From Octopus bimaculoides (taxonomy: Eukaryota), in NCBI RefSeq assembly GCF_001194135.2, contig NC_069004.1:12815718-12879717 (forward strand): 64,000 nt of DNA. Direction: 5' to 3'. The notes under the pieces were generated by a model that worked only from the letters and a program-made list of their open reading frames with translations, made no database searches and was not told the DNA's origin. A program made the translations under genes and the position numbers. This document shows positions 62,301-64,000 of the stretch, piece by piece; the stretch's first letter is position 1; the number at the start of each line of letters is the position of its first letter.

Positions 62301-63746
62301 TTCCATTTATATTTCTGATTTGTTTGATTAATAGCAAATATATCATTGTTGAGGTGCTTTTTATATATGTCTGTCCATTTATTACAGGTGTCTGTTATTA
62401 TACAAGGTGGTACTGAAAAGTTCCTGGCTTTGGGTAAAAGAAAATGCAGGAGGATCAGTTAATTATGATTTTATCCAACATGTTCCCCTTCTCAGATTCA
62501 CACACTTATTGCTGTGATCTTTCAGTTTTTCTAAGCCCTGTAAAAGAACATGGAAAGTTGGGCCTCCAGCCAGGCCTTTCGCAATACCCTTAAAGCCAGG
62601 AACTTTTCAGCACTCCTTGTATATCTAAAATATCATATATCTTTGACAGATTTAGATCCTGACCTGGCATTACCAAGAATCTTGCTTCAGATTATGGTTG
62701 TAAATCTTCTTCCAAAGGCAAAATGTAAGTACCACTTTGTCTGCTTATTTTGTCCTAACTCATTCCTAGCCAGATGGATAAATGGTGTGTATGAAGGGGA
62801 CATATGATGGACAGATATGTGTGAAGAGTGATAAGGGTAATCATGCTGGTGACCAGTGAAAGGCACCTGTGCTGGTACTACATAAAGAGGCACTCATGCT
62901 GGTGACATATAAAAGACAGACACCCAGTGAACTCTATAAAGTGATTGGCATTAGTTAGGAAGGGCATCCAACTGTAGAAATCATGCCAAAACAGACAATG
63001 GAGCCTGGTGCAGCTCACAGCCTTACCAGATCCAGTCGAGCCTTCTAAACCATGCCAGCATGGAAAATGGATGTCAAACGGTGGTGATGATGATGAAGGG
63101 AGGTGGGTAATGGGTGAAAAAGTTTCAAATGATGCAAGTGGAAGAGGAAAACCAAAACTGATGGACCACACAAAGTTGTTGACAGAGCAAAGTACTTAAA
63201 ATGGGTCAGAATGGACAAGCAGAAATAAAACTGTTGAGGATGAAGAGGTGGGTGGTGTAACATGTTATCTAAGGTAAGGTGATATAACTTCTGCCACTAT
63301 GTTTCTAATTTAACTTATATCTTTATATCGGATCTAGTCCAGTGGTTCTCAACCAGTGGCCATATGACCCTTGGGCGGGGTCATATAAAATTTTGTTGCT
63401 AAAATTTATGAGCAATAAATTGCTTATACTTCTGCAATGCACAAAATATTTTAACAATTTTGTTTTTTTATACAAATCCTAATAATAATTAATTATAAAA
63501 GTATAATTGGAGTTTTTTTACACATTGAATGGGTATGAGAGTCCACCTGAATAAAATAGGAATCAAAAGGGGTCTATGGGTAAAAAATGGTTGGAACCAC
63601 TGATCTGGTTTAAAACCTTCTTATTGTGTTCATCTTTGTTGTCTTTGTAGATGACGTCACAGAAGTTTGGTATTCCCCAAGGAAATTTCCAGGAGAACGT
63701 TGTTATGACAACATTTTAGCAAGTGTATTTAAAACATTACAGAAAT
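48381..63746 (+). CDS. FIRRM: FIGNL1-interacting regulator of recombination and mitosis (C1orf112/FLIP) orthologue, 5' part (about 441 codons), continues past the window
   Basis: join(48381..48470, 49336..49375, 49791..49879, 51227..51331, 52223..52363, 53646..53732, 56323..56392, 57950..58034, 59583..59721, 61395..61552, 62145..62293, 62650..62724, 63651..63746); all phases compatible. Collinear with vertebrate C1orf112 as recalled: VEDVRSWESTKCQQELNCALPKL ~ LEELSSWSEEMCRRELPSVLPRL; FLPHM; LENIHSLLSSVL...HCK ~ LENIQSLPSSVL...HCK; KFSPPSLAA ~ KFPPSLYA. Confidence 0.9.
48471..49335 (+). other. U12-type (minor spliceosome) GT-AG intron, 865 nt
   Basis: 5' splice site GTATCCTTT; branch TTCCTTAAT at 49318-49326, 9 nt before the end of the terminal CAG (49333-49335); no long polypyrimidine tract; the splice keeps the frame. 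Confidence 0.85.
48545..49105 (+). mobile_element. RTE LINE 3' fragment inside the U12 intron
   Basis: Decayed EKLGI...VQERR.CWY.HVMRM...EGTCGRGKPRK...DL...EAMTSD...AVLEE, followed by the standard 3' tail ending in GATGA-like repeats. Confidence 0.75.
49336..49375 (+). CDS. FIRRM: FIRRM coding exon 2 (SCFSSDIGVDSKV), 40 nt
   Basis: Follows the U12 acceptor; donor gtaagt at 49376; phase 0 to 1 matches the next exon. Confidence 0.8.
49791..49879 (+). CDS. FIRRM: FIRRM exon 3 (VLNIICTSFLPHMKLAAIETRLFHNISSK)
   Basis: Acceptor tttcag, donor gtaggg; FLPHM is conserved. Confidence 0.88.
50466..50952. mobile_element. MITE with CACTGTG termini and long imperfect TIRs
   Basis: cactgtgtgac... / ...ttacacagtg with about 130-bp degenerate inverted arms; a left-end fragment of the same family lies at about 2220-2345. 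Confidence 0.6.
51227..51331 (+). CDS. FIRRM: FIRRM exon 4 (INDLLAEILENAKQILQEVTEKSSECHQEVVAMLK)
   Basis: 105 nt, acceptor ttccag, donor gtaagt. Confidence 0.85.
51822..52161. mobile_element. Penelope-like element terminal (pLTR) inverted repeat
   Basis: Arms 51822-51958 and 52027-52161 (about 135 bp, few mismatches), 68-nt spacer with (AAT)n; each arm carries a hammerhead-type motif. Confidence 0.65.
52071..52116 (+). ncRNA. Minimal type I hammerhead ribozyme motif in a Penelope-like inverted repeat
   Basis: GACAC-CTGACGA-A-GGCTG(loop)CAGCC-GAAA-CGTT-GGGTT; palindromic AACGTT helix III. A mirror copy lies on the - strand at 51870-51915 with core CCGAAGA and 3' stem GTGTT. Confidence 0.7.
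52223..52363 (+). CDS. FIRRM: FIRRM exon 5 (LAVNIVESTESCMKYVCG...LENIHSLLSSVL...HCK)
   Basis: 141 nt, acceptor taacag, donor gtaagt. Confidence 0.9.
53646..53732 (+). CDS. FIRRM: FIRRM exon 6 (ESPTIYGNLLPLLSDVLSSFFKKTHQLQT)
   Basis: 87 nt, acceptor ttccag, donor gtaatt; aligns with NSESVYSGCLHLVSDLLQALFKEAYSLQK. Confidence 0.87.
55378..56108 (+). mobile_element. Tc1/mariner superfamily (maT/DD37D-like) deleted element
   Basis: Degenerate TIRs ttgggtgcaatggataaattgttgcc / rc cagggtgcggtgaataaactgttgtc, flanked by TA. Decayed transposase C-terminus (VMVFG-like IMVFGVITSDG; NSPNCNPLDYYVWG; EANGDFIE*). Confidence 0.75.
56323..56392 (+). CDS. FIRRM: FIRRM exon 7 (TTLCCLEKINVKSTEQDVVDLCS)
   Basis: 70 nt, acceptor tttcag, donor gtaagt, phase 0 to 1. 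Confidence 0.8.
57950..58034 (+). CDS. FIRRM: FIRRM exon 8 (CHSLLSLCQLVPALDIKIMIGLWKSLA)
   Basis: 85 nt; HSLL...WK motif; donor gtaaat. Confidence 0.87.
58236..58580 (-). mobile_element. Mariner transposase N-terminal HTH fragment
   Basis: MECKSEHFHHILLFYFRKGKKAAEAHKEICEVY...FSLKDDQRSDRHTEVDDD...ITVQKIAERLNVSYTTIENHLKCLGLIKKLDI; catalytic domain absent. Confidence 0.88.
58861..59421. repeat. Long inverted repeat (about 150-bp arms) made of RTE tail plus (TG)n
   Basis: 58861-59010 vs 59264-59421; the arms share the repeat/microsatellite junction. Confidence 0.85.
59583..59721 (+). CDS. FIRRM: FIRRM exon 9 (LSVQYKSFLYSRLELEAIMSSLVSSIQSNYDTLLNVAPRVPDETVE)
   Basis: 139 nt, acceptor cacag, donor gtaggt. 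Confidence 0.85.
61395..61552 (+). CDS. FIRRM: FIRRM exon 10 (EENPSQTNEKSFQMTLKITGFLMKVL...LYMF)
   Basis: 158 nt, acceptor ttccag, donor gtaagt; FQMTLK ~ FQKTLK. Confidence 0.88.
62145..62293 (+). CDS. FIRRM: FIRRM exon 11 (FSPPSLAAPKLIEQSQRDIQ...QPLLTTL...DEN)
   Basis: 149 nt, acceptor ttttag, donor gtaggt. Confidence 0.9.
62401..62621. mobile_element. Mariner-type MITE, 221 bp
   Basis: About 30-bp TIRs tacaaggtggtactgaaaagttcctggcttt / aaagccaggaacttttcagcactccttgta; TA ends. Confidence 0.85.
62650..62724 (+). CDS. FIRRM: FIRRM exon 12 (LDPDLALPRILLQIMVVNLLPKAK)
   Basis: 75 nt, acceptor tgacag, donor gtaagt. Confidence 0.82.
63340..63602. mobile_element. hAT (Buster-type) MITE, same family as 30959-31199
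   Basis: TIR cagtggttctcaacca / tggttggaaccactg; TSD ATCTAGTC/ATCTGGTT (6/8); shared interior. Confidence 0.82.
63651..63746 (+). CDS. FIRRM: FIRRM exon 13 (DVTEVWYSPRKFPGERCYDNILASVFKTLQK)
   Basis: Acceptor ttgtag; donor t|gtaatt at 63747 inferred; aligns with EVQTLW...SLLKAVFYSFEQC. Confidence 0.75.
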
Positions 63747-64000
63747 GTAATTTATTTTAGACAATTTTATTTTCCTCATTGTTTTTTGTTTCTATCTTGA
63801 ATCGGCAAAACCGTCTTACTAATTTGGTATTTGTTTTAATGATGGACTCTCCCGTCCAAGAGGACATGTATGAGTATTCAGCTTTTGCTAAACTACGTGC
63901 ATACAGGATTTGTTTATATTGATTACATGTATGAGCTCACTCCCTCCATCCAATTGATGTTGCCTGAACAGGTGCATGGTGTGCCATATGTCAGGTGTTG

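Noticed and set aside
63907-64000. Next FIRRM exon (frame reads ...SIQLMLPEQVHG, like ELSLPVHLQG)
   Set aside because: The only in-phase acceptor found (cag at 63904-63906) creates TGA when joined to 63746; boundaries are unresolved at the window edge, so it is not annotated.

Overview
AT-rich animal genomic DNA with scaffold gaps. The repeat content (dense tRNA-derived SINEs, RTE LINE tails, (CAT)n/(TA)n/(CA)n microsatellites) suggests an octopus/coleoid genome; that is inference. Three spliced protein-coding genes lie on the + strand: (1) the 3' part of MGAT5 (GnT-V), 584-12511, with one required exon absent from the readable sequence; (2) a complete CDK1, 30640-40433, 304 aa, with the human intron positions but some unusual residues; (3) the 5' part of a FIRRM/C1orf112 orthologue, 48381 to beyond 63746, whose first coding intron has U12-type (minor spliceosome) signals. 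The rest is transposon-derived: RTE and CR1/Jockey-like LINE fragments, Buster-type hAT elements with intact 8-bp TSDs, piggyBac-like and mariner MITEs, mariner/maT remnants and several SINE families. The most unusual signals are two structurally complete minimal type I hammerhead-ribozyme motifs (14028-14089; 52071-52116, the latter in a Penelope-like head-to-head inverted repeat) and a series of long inverted repeats in and just upstream of FIRRM. I found no convincing wholly new multi-gene system. All calls were read by eye; protein comparisons are against human/mouse sequences recalled from memory and no searches were run.
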